From Escherichia phage WG01: DNA of 64,000 bases. This document shows, piece after piece, positions 10,861-19,569 of this stretch (within the stretch, counting starts at the first letter, position 1; each line of letters begins with the position of its first letter). The notes beneath the pieces were generated by a model. That model had not been told where the DNA came from and did not search any database. It saw only the letters and a list, made by a program, of their open reading frames with translations. The stretch lies in the sequence record NC_031928.1; one strand, 5' to 3'. A program made the translations under genes and the position numbers.

Positions 10861-12140
10861 TGTCTAAGATTGTAGACCTAATTAAAGAATCCACATTGAC
10901 GGCTGCCAGCTCGGTTGGCCGTCCTGCTCTTCTTTCATACACCCAAGCAACTAATAAACGAATCTTTAAAGCCCTAGTTGCTGAACAAAAAACAAATCAA
11001 CCGGTTGCTGCTCTGTATGGGGTACGTGTACTGAATCCTGACGACAAAATGACTTATCTTGGTGGAGCAACATTTGCGGGCCAGATTGGTATGACGGAAC
11101 GTGAAAATATTCCAGAATTTACTGATTCATCTACAGCTTATGCGGTCGGTGATATGTTCCAGTTTGAAAGCGTAGTGTTTAAAGTTCTAGAAGCATCTCC
11201 TTTCGCCGGAACCACAGAAACCAACCTCAGCGAAGTTATTTCTGAAGCAGTGGCAGCCGGCCATATCCGTATGGTGTCGGATGCTGCTATTACTTCTAAA
11301 TTTGAACAAGGCCATCCTGAAATTGCTGAAACCGGATTCCGTATCGACAAATGGCAATCTGAAGTTAAATCACGTAAACTGAAAACTTCATTGACAGTCG
11401 AATTAGCCCAAGACCTAGAATCTAACGGGTTTAATGCTCCTAATTTCGTTGAAAATCTGCTAGGCATTCAAATGGCAGAAGAAATTAATAAGGATGTATT
11501 ACAGTCATTAATTACCGTGAGCTCTCGTTTTAAAGTCCAGGGTGTTTCTGAAAAGGGTGTATTAGACCTTACCAACCCTCGCTACGATAATGCCCAGGAC
11601 CGTGCTCGCACATTATATTATTATATGTGTGAGATGAACTCTGCCGTCCAACGACAGACTTCTTTTGCCGGGACTTATGCAGTAGCTAGTTCTCGTTGTG
11701 CTGCTATTCTCGCCGCCTCTGGTTGGGTTGAGAAAAAGGAAGACCAGGACGAATTGGCTTATGGTATATTAAAGAATGGCCTACCACTTTATGCCGATAT
11801 GAATAGTCCATGTGATTATGTTATTGTTGGTGTAAATGCCCAGATGGGTGAAGGACAGACGGTCGCATCTTTATATTATGCGCCTTATACGGAAGGTTTG
11901 AATGTGGTTGACGAAGAAGGTGATACTTCAGTTGGTGAATTTAAGGTTATTGTTGACCCGGAAAGCTTACAACCTACAGTAGCATTGCTTGCCCGTTATG
12001 CATTGACTGCAAACCCTTATACCGTCGCTAAGGACGATAAAGAAGCCCGCATTATTGATGGTTCTGATATGGACAAAATGGCTAATCAAAGTCAATTGAG
12101 TTCTTATCTCGGCGTAAAATTACCGCCTTTAGAAAAATAA
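10860..12140 (+). CDS. capsid vertex protein paralog (gp24-like, diverged)
   Basis: 426 aa, collinear with gp24 (shared blocks RKLKT.LTVELAQD.ESNGF.AP.F, INKDVLQSLITVS, ANPYTVAKDDKEAR.ID); TAATG coupled to gene 24. Confidence 0.85.
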   Translation: MSKIVDLIKESTLTAASSVGRPALLSYTQATNKRIFKALVAEQKTNQPVAALYGVRVLNPDDKMTYLGGATFAGQIGMTERENIPEFTDSSTAYAVGDMFQFESVVFKVLEASPFAGTTETNLSEVISEAVAAGHIRMVSDAAITSKFEQGHPEIAETGFRIDKWQSEVKSRKLKTSLTVELAQDLESNGFNAPNFVENLLGIQMAEEINKDVLQSLITVSSRFKVQGVSEKGVLDLTNPRYDNAQDRARTLYYYMCEMNSAVQRQTSFAGTYAVASSRCAAILAASGWVEKKEDQDELAYGILKNGLPLYADMNSPCDYVIVGVNAQMGEGQTVASLYYAPYTEGLNVVDEEGDTSVGEFKVIVDPESLQPTVALLARYALTANPYTVAKDDKEARIIDGSDMDKMANQSQLSSYLGVKLPPLEK

Positions 12141-12160
12141 AAGGGACCTTACGGTCCCTT
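12141..12160. terminator. bidirectional terminator between gp24 paralog and rnlB
   Basis: AAGGGACC-TTAC-GGTCCCTT flanked by A-run and T-run. Confidence 0.65.
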
Positions 12161-12166
12161 TATCGT

Positions 12167-13174
12167 TTATTTGGATACTAGTTCAATCCATACATGTCTT
12201 AATGTTTCTTTTACACACTCAACGAGCTGCTTTTTAACTTCAACGGGATTTTCCGCATCAGTTAATTCCAATTCTTCACGGGCGGCTTCTTCAAGGATAT
12301 CCTGGACTGTCAAGCCCATCACCTTTCCGAAATCCTTCGGCGATACTTCGCCAATCTTACTGATGACATTGTTAATGCGGTTAACAGTCACATAATCGGT
12401 GAATTGCCACATCAAATCCATATCGTCTTGGGACAATACCACTGCAACTTTAATAGGCTTATCAGACTTTTTCTTCTCGCTGAATTTAGAGTTCTTACAT
12501 TTAATCGCCACACGATTTCCGTTTGGAAGCCAGGTAGGAACATCAGGTTTCAATACAAAGCCTTCAGCCGTGAATACCTTACCTTCTACCTTAGGAATAA
12601 AATCGGTTGAGTTTGCAATAGTTAAGCCTGCGTTATCCACTGCAAAATTATAATCAGGAACAACTGAATCAAAATCATTAGGAAGTTTAATAAGGTCTTC
12701 AAAGCTACCAGTGGCCAGACATGGAGCTACCTTAAACTTATGGATAATACAGAAGGCTTCCATCAATGTATCGGTTAGAACAGATTCTGAGCCATCTTCT
12801 TTAGTAACTCGGATATCGAACACATAAAAGTCTTTATCGCCGTAGTCCACATTCTTCTGGATACCTGTCCCAGCGAATTCGCCATAAATCTGGTATGACT
12901 GATAATTAATCGATTCAATTAGATGTTGAACTGATTTAATAGAATCAGCGTAGTTCTTAAGTACAATTTCATAACCATAGAAATCTTCAGCAGGGAGGAT
13001 AGGGCCAGTGCGCTTGGCGCATGTGACTGCGTCACGTTCTATGATTAAACTAAAGTTGGTTCCATGAATCTTCTCACGTGCTACCCATTCACCACCAGTC
13101 AAACCGTTAGTACGGAGTTTTTCGATAAACTTACTGTTGTAGTGGTTTTCGAGACTGCTATATTTCTTGAACAT
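12167..13174 (-). CDS. rnlB: RNA ligase 2
   Basis: 335 aa; [20 protein letters not shown]...[15 protein letters not shown] matches recalled T4 Rnl2 incl. lysine-nucleotidyl KxHG motif. Confidence 0.9.
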   Translation of the reverse strand: MFKKYSSLENHYNSKFIEKLRTNGLTGGEWVAREKIHGTNFSLIIERDAVTCAKRTGPILPAEDFYGYEIVLKNYADSIKSVQHLIESINYQSYQIYGEFAGTGIQKNVDYGDKDFYVFDIRVTKEDGSESVLTDTLMEAFCIIHKFKVAPCLATGSFEDLIKLPNDFDSVVPDYNFAVDNAGLTIANSTDFIPKVEGKVFTAEGFVLKPDVPTWLPNGNRVAIKCKNSKFSEKKKSDKPIKVAVVLSQDDMDLMWQFTDYVTVNRINNVISKIGEVSPKDFGKVMGLTVQDILEEAAREELELTDAENPVEVKKQLVECVKETLRHVWIELVSK

Positions 13175-13239
13175 AAATCACCATAATAAATATAATTAAA
13201 TAGAAGAGCTAGTAGTCTTCTGTCACCAAGCCAAATGGT

Positions 13240-13275
13240 TTAACGGAAGGACCTAGACCCATTATATCACACCTA
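13240..13275 (-). promoter_or_regulatory. early promoter with extended -10 upstream of rnlB
   Basis: Minus-strand TGTGATATAATG. Confidence 0.45.
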
Positions 13276-13288
13276 AATTTAAAGCATA

Positions 13289-13498
13289 TTACTTTGAACT
13301 AGAACGCGCTTTGCGCCGAACCTTGTTGTTCAATCTTTTACGATAAACAACCTTTTCTTTCGCTTTAAATTTGGCCTTGGCTTGTTCTACATCAACCCAT
13401 GCTTTGGCCATGTCCTTAGCGGTCCCGCCCATTTTTTTAGCAATTTCTATAAAATTCAACCCAGATTCGTGTAAAAAATGTACTTTAACCTTATCCAT
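13289..13498 (-). CDS. hypothetical small protein (69 aa), possible helix-turn-helix
   Basis: ORF-track start 13537 is GTG; internal ATG at 13498 chosen; preceded by a GTTTAC-type promoter. Confidence 0.45.
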   Translation of the reverse strand: MDKVKVHFLHESGLNFIEIAKKMGGTAKDMAKAWVDVEQAKAKFKAKEKVVYRKRLNNKVRRKARSSSK

Positions 13499-13580
13499 AA
13501 CAATTCTCTCGTTGAGTTGGTAAACCCATCTTAACACAGAATTTTTAACTTGTAAACAGGAATTTTGTACTTTAATGCAA

Positions 13581-13600
13581 AATGGGCCTTGCGGCCCATT
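13581..13600 (-). terminator. hairpin after hoc
   Basis: AATGGGCC-TTGC-GGCCCATT. Confidence 0.5.
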
Positions 13601-13601
13601 A

Positions 13602-14450
13602 TTAATAAATGTAATCGTATATAATACCAGCTTCTAAAGCGGTGCGATGAATAATTCGACCATTACGAGATTCTTGTACATCAACCTCTGAATAGTCGGT
13701 AATCATTTTTTGAAGTGTATATCGGTGCAAATAATACGGGCTATCCGGGTCATCTGTTTTCCAGTCTTTGCCTTCAAGAGTCATTTTCTGGATTTCATCC
13801 ATAACCCACCAACCAACCCAAATATATGCTGAATTACGAACAGGGAGTGGATGAACGTAAGGTAATTCGCCATCCGGAACCGGTGCGACTTTAGCCGTGA
13901 CTGTTACATTACCGGTTTTTGTGACAGTCGCCGGGTTATAATCAGTCGCCGAAACCACAACAGAAACTTCAATAACCTGTGAACCTTCAGTGCTTGTATC
14001 GATTGCTAGAGTATCCGTGGTGCCAACTACAGGAGAACCGTCTTTCTTCCAAGAATAGGCAAAAGTAGCACCAGCAGGAGCGCCGACCACATCCGCTTTA
14101 AAAGAAGCTGGAGTGCCTTCCGGAACATTAATCGAAGCTGGGGTTAATGTCACAGAAACACCGGAAATGGTTTTATTCTGGATAGTTAAAGTTGTTTCGG
14201 CTTCAGCTGTTTCTGGTTCGCCGTCAGCCGGTGTAGTTGTTGCAACAACTTTAATAGTCTTGCTGCCTGCCGGGCCAACAGCAACATAATCCATTGCAGC
14301 AGTCACAGAAGATTGAGGAACGCCATCAACGGTCCAGACAAATGATTCGGTACCTTCAGCTGCAGCACCGGAACCGGTCGCAGTGAAATTGGTTGTTGCT
14401 CCAATAACGGCCGTAGCCGCCAAAGGAGCCATATCTACGGTATAAGCCAT
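13602..14450 (-). CDS. hoc: Hoc-like outer capsid decoration protein with Ig-like domains
   Basis: 282 aa; Ig-like I-set signature (FAYSWKKDGSPV) and C-terminal block resembling the T4 Hoc capsid-binding domain; position as T4 hoc. Confidence 0.65.
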   Translation of the reverse strand: MAYTVDMAPLAATAVIGATTNFTATGSGAAAEGTESFVWTVDGVPQSSVTAAMDYVAVGPAGSKTIKVVATTTPADGEPETAEAETTLTIQNKTISGVSVTLTPASINVPEGTPASFKADVVGAPAGATFAYSWKKDGSPVVGTTDTLAIDTSTEGSQVIEVSVVVSATDYNPATVTKTGNVTVTAKVAPVPDGELPYVHPLPVRNSAYIWVGWWVMDEIQKMTLEGKDWKTDDPDSPYYLHRYTLQKMITDYSEVDVQESRNGRIIHRTALEAGIIYDYIY

Positions 14451-14459
14451 AATAAACCC

Positions 14460-15131
14460 TTATTTTAAAGTGACAAAAGATGAGTTACGAGTTTCACGTA
14501 CTAATACTGAACCATTACGATTAATGTAATAAATCAGACTAAATAATGTTTGGTGGGCAGAAGGATGTTGGAAAGCAGTTGGACGTTCTTTCCAATCCGG
14601 AGTCTCAGAAATCCATTGGTAAATCCACCAAGGAACGGTGCAATAACCTGGGTTCTTACCGATAAGCAAAAGATTAGGACTGAAGTTTTCAGGTAAAGAG
14701 AATACAGGTTTTTCAGATTCAACAACCTTGGCTATAGCCCCTTTGAATTTCTCTTCGTCAAATGGAACATCCTCTTCGATAATCTCTACCTTAGGAAGTT
14801 CGGCTACCTCAACGACTTCTACTGCAGCCTCAGGGGCATCGAACAACAGGGTGGCTTCTTCTTTAGCTGGTTCAGCACCATCAACAAATTCGTTAGCACC
14901 TGTAAGTTCGTCGGCAGCATCAATCAAATCAGAAATGGACAACCCTTCGGTTTCTGGGAGTGGTTCGTCAGCCAAGGCTTTAAGGCCTTCAGAGATATCG
15001 ATAATCAAATTATCAAACGAACGGGTTTTCTTAAGTTTTAAACCGAACTGTTCGCCGTATTCGATTAACTTAGCTTTAGCTTCTTTTTTATCTTCGAGTG
15101 CACGAAGCTCTTCAATATATTGAGTATCCAT
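14460..15131 (-). CDS. inh: putative inhibitor of prohead protease (Inh-like)
   Basis: 223 aa, acidic central region; position between hoc and uvsW as T4 inh; late promoter upstream. Confidence 0.5.
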   Translation of the reverse strand: MDTQYIEELRALEDKKEAKAKLIEYGEQFGLKLKKTRSFDNLIIDISEGLKALADEPLPETEGLSISDLIDAADELTGANEFVDGAEPAKEEATLLFDAPEAAVEVVEVAELPKVEIIEEDVPFDEEKFKGAIAKVVESEKPVFSLPENFSPNLLLIGKNPGYCTVPWWIYQWISETPDWKERPTAFQHPSAHQTLFSLIYYINRNGSVLVRETRNSSFVTLK

Positions 15132-15150
15132 AATTAGTCTCTTGTTGGTG

Positions 15151-15172
15151 TATAAATATAACTATATTTATA
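15151..15172. promoter_or_regulatory. divergent late promoters (TATAAATA on both strands) between inh and uvsW
   Basis: Plus-strand TATAAATA at 15151-15158; minus-strand TATAAATA (as TATTTATA) at 15165-15172. Confidence 0.5.
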
Positions 15173-15186
15173 ACTGAGAATTACTT

Positions 15187-16683
15187 ATGCAAATTCAAGT
15201 ACATTTTGATAATTTTAGTCATGTCCGTATTGAATGCGATGAATCTACATTCTACGAACTCAGAGACTATTTTAGCTTTGAAGCTGATGGATATAAATTC
15301 AACCCTAAATTTCGTTATGGTCAATGGGACGGACGTATTCGCCTTCTGGATTACAACCGTAAACTTCCTTATGGATTGGTCCCTCAAATTAAAAAGTTCG
15401 CTGAACAATTTGAATACTCTCTGTGGATTGACCCACGTATTCTTGAACAGGAAGATATTTCTCGTGAAGATTTTGATTCATGGGTGGCTTCTCAAGAAAT
15501 TTATTCAGGGTCTACCAAGATTGAGCCTCATTGGTATCAGAATGAAGCCGTATACAACGGCCTGACAAAACGTCGCGCAATTCTGAATTTACCTACATCT
15601 GCAGGTAAATCATTAATCCAGGCACTCCTGAGTCGATATTACGTTGAGAACTATGAAGGTAAAATCCTCATCTTAGTTCCTACTACTGCACTTGTCGACC
15701 AGATGATTAACGACTTCATCGATTATCGTCTGTTCCCTAAAGCCGCAATGCTTGGTATTCGTTCAGGTACTGCTCGTGATTCCGATGCAATGATTTATGT
15801 TTCAACTTATCAAACCGCTATCAAGCAACCTAAAGAATGGTTTGCTCAGTTCGGTATGTTTATGAACGACGAATGCCATTTGGCTACAGGTAAATCTATT
15901 TCTACTATCATCGAAGGCCTAACCAACTGTATGTTTAAATTCGGTTTGTCGGGTTCTTTAAAAGATGGTAAAGCTAATTTAATGCAATATATGGGTTTGT
16001 TTGGTGATGTGTTTAAGCCAGTATCCACCTCCCAGTTAATGGAAGAAGGACAGGTTACTGACCTTAAAATCAACAGTATTTTCCTTCGATACCCAGACGA
16101 ATTCACGGTTAAAATGAAAGGTAAAGATTACCAATCAGAAATCAAGGTCATTACTAAGGCTACTCGTCGTAATAAATGGGTTGCTAATTTAGCTGTTAAA
16201 CTCGCTAAGAAAGAAGAGAACGTATTCCTGATGTTTAAAAACATCGAACACGGTAAAACTCTTTTTGAAATGGTTAAAGAGCAACATAAAGAAGTTTATT
16301 ACGTATCAGGTGAAGTTAATACCGAAACGCGTAATGCTCTGAAAGTAATGGCGGAAAATGGTAAGGGTATTATTGTTGTGGCAAGTTATGGTGTGTTCTC
16401 TACTGGTATTTCCGTTAAGAACCTTCACCACGTTGTATTTGCCCATCCAGTAAAATCTAAAATCATTGTACTCCAGACAATTGGTCGTGTACTCCGTAAA
16501 CATGCCTCTAAATCAACAGCACAGGTGTGGGATATCATCGACGACATGGGTGTTAAGCCTAAATCAGCTACGGCTAAAAAGAAATATGTTCATTTGAACT
16601 ACGCCCTCAAACACGCTTTAGAACGTATTCAACGTTATGCTGATGAGAAATTTAATTACGTAATGAAACAGGTGGATTTATGA
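15187..16683 (+). CDS. uvsW: UvsW RNA-DNA and DNA-DNA helicase
   Basis: 498 aa; SF2 helicase motifs (PTSAGKS Walker A, DECH box); late promoter TATAAATA at 15151. Confidence 0.9.
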   Translation: MQIQVHFDNFSHVRIECDESTFYELRDYFSFEADGYKFNPKFRYGQWDGRIRLLDYNRKLPYGLVPQIKKFAEQFEYSLWIDPRILEQEDISREDFDSWVASQEIYSGSTKIEPHWYQNEAVYNGLTKRRAILNLPTSAGKSLIQALLSRYYVENYEGKILILVPTTALVDQMINDFIDYRLFPKAAMLGIRSGTARDSDAMIYVSTYQTAIKQPKEWFAQFGMFMNDECHLATGKSISTIIEGLTNCMFKFGLSGSLKDGKANLMQYMGLFGDVFKPVSTSQLMEEGQVTDLKINSIFLRYPDEFTVKMKGKDYQSEIKVITKATRRNKWVANLAVKLAKKEENVFLMFKNIEHGKTLFEMVKEQHKEVYYVSGEVNTETRNALKVMAENGKGIIVVASYGVFSTGISVKNLHHVVFAHPVKSKIIVLQTIGRVLRKHASKSTAQVWDIIDDMGVKPKSATAKKKYVHLNYALKHALERIQRYADEKFNYVMKQVDL

Positions 16684-16907
16684 AAACCTTTAAAGAAGTT
16701 ATTCAAGAAGCATCTATTGAAAGCTTCATGGCTAAAATTGGTTCTTGTCAGACTATGGACGGTCTGAAGGAACTAGAGAAGTATTACAAAACTCGTAGTA
16801 AGGAAGCTGAACTTCGTGATTCGGACGATATTAGCGTGCGTGATGCATTGGCTGGTAAGAGAGCTGAATTGGAGTCGATGGACGACGAGGAAGAGGAAGA
16901 TTTCTAA
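16680..16907 (+). CDS. uvsW.1: UvsW.1-like small acidic protein
   Basis: 75 aa; ATGA overlap with uvsW stop; acidic C-terminus. Confidence 0.7.
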   Translation: MKTFKEVIQEASIESFMAKIGSCQTMDGLKELEKYYKTRSKEAELRDSDDISVRDALAGKRAELESMDDEEEEDF

Positions 16908-16916
16908 ACAAAAAAG

Positions 16917-16938
16917 GCCCAACCTTTCGGAAGGGCCA
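16917..16938 (-). terminator. terminator after small uvsY.-2-like ORF
   Basis: GGCCC...GGGCC imperfect hairpin followed on the minus strand by TTTTTTGTTT. Confidence 0.5.
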
Positions 16939-16966
16939 ATAACCATAAATGGCTATACACACTAGA

Positions 16967-17134
16967 CTAAAGTAGTAATTGGGTTTCGTTCAGCTGTTCT
17001 TCAGTGTTTTCCGTAACCGGCAAGCTTTGAACGTAATTATAGCATGAGCCCGGATGAACCGGACCTTTTTCTGTTTCAACAACCAATGCAGCATCGATTG
17101 GAGTTTTACAGACAACGCAAATCTTATCTGACAT
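16967..17134 (-). CDS. small Cys-containing protein (55 aa), uvsY.-2 position
   Basis: Not in ORF track (under size cutoff); hand-translated MSDKICVVCKTPIDAALVVETEKGPVHPGSCYNYVQSLPV...; CxxC plus a third Cys; terminator hairpin follows. Confidence 0.5.
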   Translation of the reverse strand: MSDKICVVCKTPIDAALVVETEKGPVHPGSCYNYVQSLPVTENTEEQLNETQLLL

Positions 17135-17162
17135 GATTGTCTCCTTAGTTTAACTTACATAC

Positions 17163-17261
17163 CTATTTATTACTTGCTAAAGCAGCATTAATGAATTCTT
17201 GGAGAAGTTTCATCTTATCGGCATCTACTTTAATGGGTTTGGTATTTTTAGTACGTCTCAT
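17163..17261 (-). CDS. tiny ORF (32 aa), uvsY.-1 position
   Basis: Not in ORF track; hand-translated MRRTKNTKPIKVDADKMKLLQEFINAALASNK; TAATG coupled to uvsY stop. Confidence 0.35.
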   Translation of the reverse strand: MRRTKNTKPIKVDADKMKLLQEFINAALASNK

Positions 17262-17695
17262 TATTTACCCGCCTCAAATTGTCTCATCTCATGCATGGTC
17301 TTAAGGTTAAAACCACGCGCCTTAATAGCATCAAGTGCTGAACTACAAAAGTCTTGTAATAAAGCCCAATACTGAATTGATGTGTCGATTTTAATTACAC
17401 TAGAATCCGCAGCCATAACGGTCTTTAATTCAGATTTCTCATATTGGTCCATACAAACCTCATCACCAGGCTCTCCACGTCCCGTGTAGAAATCTAATCG
17501 CTTCTTAAGTGAGGTCTTTTTCTGGATTTCTAATCTCATTATTTCTTTCTTACAATTCGTATACAGCCTTAGCCATTTGCTGTGCAGCAAAACGTTGTTC
17601 TGTACTTCATATTGTAAACGAGTTCCATCAATCTTTAAATCCTCGTCTAATGCGTCCTGGAATGATTCTAACTTATATTCAATCTCTTTACTCAT
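17261..17695 (-). CDS. uvsY: UvsY recombination mediator
   Basis: Start moved to ATG at 17695 with SD AGGAAA; C-terminus ...QYWALLQDFCSSALDAIKARGFNLKTMHEMRQFEAGK matches recalled T4 UvsY. Confidence 0.85.
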   Translation of the reverse strand: MSKEIEYKLESFQDALDEDLKIDGTRLQYEVQNNVLLHSKWLRLYTNCKKEIMRLEIQKKTSLKKRLDFYTGRGEPGDEVCMDQYEKSELKTVMAADSSVIKIDTSIQYWALLQDFCSSALDAIKARGFNLKTMHEMRQFEAGK

Positions 17696-17726
17696 CGCAT
17701 GTTTCCTGTGTAATAACCATAGGACC

Positions 17727-17753
17727 ATTATACACTATTCATTTGAACAGCAA
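17727..17753 (-). promoter_or_regulatory. candidate MotA-dependent middle promoter for uvsY
   Basis: Minus-strand TTGCTGTTCA (MotA-box-like) about 12 nt upstream of TATAAT. Confidence 0.4.
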
Positions 17754-18143
17754 TTAACCACTCTGTGAGAGCTGGATTCTAATTTGCTCTAATGTATCTG
17801 GGTCATCAACGATACTAAACTGAACGGTCACGATAATCGAGTTATCATCGTACACAGGTGTCACACCTACAGCTAGAGCAGAAATTCTGGGTTCGAAGTT
17901 CCGCACTGCGGAAACTATATTACGCTTAATGGTATCCGTGATTAATGGAGTAATATTCTCAAACAATTGGTTGCTGATGTCACAACCGAATTCAGGCATA
18001 AAAGGGCGCGAACCCTTGCGAGTAGTAATAATGCCTAACAAACTATTTTTTACTGCGCGAGCACCTGTAGCTTTAGCGACGTCTCTATTCCAAGACGTCC
18101 TCATTTCAGGGTCTAAATCTGAATACATTTTATTGATATTCAT
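17754..18143 (-). CDS. 25: baseplate wedge subunit
   Basis: 129 aa, size and position as T4 gp25. Confidence 0.88.
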   Translation of the reverse strand: MNINKMYSDLDPEMRTSWNRDVAKATGARAVKNSLLGIITTRKGSRPFMPEFGCDISNQLFENITPLITDTIKRNIVSAVRNFEPRISALAVGVTPVYDDNSIIVTVQFSIVDDPDTLEQIRIQLSQSG

Positions 18144-18766
18144 TACATCACCTTAAAGAACTCTTTAAGTCCCTCAATAACGTGGACGGTGTGTTCACCA
18201 CATTCACAAGAAATAGGTATAGCCAAAATAGGCTTAGGGGCGACTAGTGCATCATAAACTTCTTTTATATCTTTTTCTGTTATCACAGAATAAAGGTCAT
18301 CAAGTTCCGCATCGCTTAAATCGGAAAGAAGAAGCTTTTCGCCTGCAGAAGTTAAAATATAATCGATACACCCTGCGACCATCATAGCTCTATTTTTATC
18401 TTCAAAGAGTTTAGGATATCTGAAAACAATTTTAAAGTTGCCAAAGTCTTTAATAACATCCGGCTCTTTACCCAATGTTGCTCGAGTTAGTGTCATAGGG
18501 ACAACCTGTGAGCGGCCACAACTACAACTCCACTCACGTTCTATATTCACTTCAGCTAATGAATGGGCCCATAGGTTTATCACCAGGAGCTCAGATTCTT
18601 GCTTGTTTAAATCACGGGCATCTGTGCAATTCGAAATGAGTTCATTGATAAAGGACTCTATTCTGCCTTCTAATTTAGCTTGGAGCAAGTCCTTATACTC
18701 TCTGAGGGTAAATGCTCTGCATTTTATGGTTTTGTTTTTAATTTTTACGTCAAAAGTATAATTCAT
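18143..18766 (-). CDS. 26: baseplate hub subunit
   Basis: 207 aa, position and size as T4 gp26; late promoter on minus strand at 18785-18792. Confidence 0.8.
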   Translation of the reverse strand: MNYTFDVKIKNKTIKCRAFTLREYKDLLQAKLEGRIESFINELISNCTDARDLNKQESELLVINLWAHSLAEVNIEREWSCSCGRSQVVPMTLTRATLGKEPDVIKDFGNFKIVFRYPKLFEDKNRAMMVAGCIDYILTSAGEKLLLSDLSDAELDDLYSVITEKDIKEVYDALVAPKPILAIPISCECGEHTVHVIEGLKEFFKVM

Positions 18767-18784
18767 TGTCTTCTCCTTTAAGCT

Positions 18785-18796
18785 TATTTATAAATA
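18785..18796. promoter_or_regulatory. overlapping divergent late promoters between genes 26 and 51
   Basis: TATTTATAAATA: TATAAATA on plus strand 18789-18796 and on minus strand 18785-18792. Confidence 0.55.
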
Positions 18797-18816
18797 CATC
18801 AATAAGAGGACACCCT

Positions 18817-19569
18817 ATGGCTAATATAGTACGTTGTGAAATGCCTGATGGAGTCCACCGATTTAAACCTTTTACAGTAGCTGATTATCGTGATTTTATT
18901 TTGATTCGAAATGACATGAATAATAAATCACCTGAAGAGCAAAAACAAATTTTAGATGAGTTACTGGAAGAATACTTCGGTGAATATCCTATGTCATGGC
19001 GCCCGTATATGTTCATTGAACTTTACACGTCATCACTCGGCAAGACCAAAATTCCTATCCGATACACTTGTAGTAAGTGTGAAAAGGATAGACAAGTTTT
19101 ATTCAATTTGAAACAGACCAAGTTAGATAATCCCACAATTGAAGTGGCCGGCTTGAAGCTAACATTCAAATTTCCGGAAATAGAATATCAAGACAAATCC
19201 GAATTGATTCTGAACACCCTCCAAACCGTGGAAGATGAAAACGGGAAATATAATTGGACTGACCTTTCTGAAGAAGACCAATTAGCCGTAATAGATGCTA
19301 TAGACTTATCCACTTTAGAGGATATAGTCAAACAAACTAGCCCTATTAATTTTGAACTAAAATATGGATGCTGTAATCGTAGAACAATTACGTATACCGA
19401 TATTTTAGAGGTGTTTAAGCTTATAGTCAACCCGGATGAGATATTTTTATTTTACCAAATAAACCATTTATTGGTAAAGAACAATTATTCATTAGAAAGC
19501 ATTATGCAGATGATTCCAATCGAACGCGGTATTGCTTTGTCTTTGGTTGAAAAGGACCTTAAGAAATGA
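18817..19569 (+). CDS. 51: baseplate hub assembly catalyst
   Basis: Start moved to ATG 18817 with SD AAGAGGA; 250 aa (T4 gp51 249 aa); late promoter TATAAATA at 18789. Confidence 0.8.
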   Translation: MANIVRCEMPDGVHRFKPFTVADYRDFILIRNDMNNKSPEEQKQILDELLEEYFGEYPMSWRPYMFIELYTSSLGKTKIPIRYTCSKCEKDRQVLFNLKQTKLDNPTIEVAGLKLTFKFPEIEYQDKSELILNTLQTVEDENGKYNWTDLSEEDQLAVIDAIDLSTLEDIVKQTSPINFELKYGCCNRRTITYTDILEVFKLIVNPDEIFLFYQINHLLVKNNYSLESIMQMIPIERGIALSLVEKDLKK

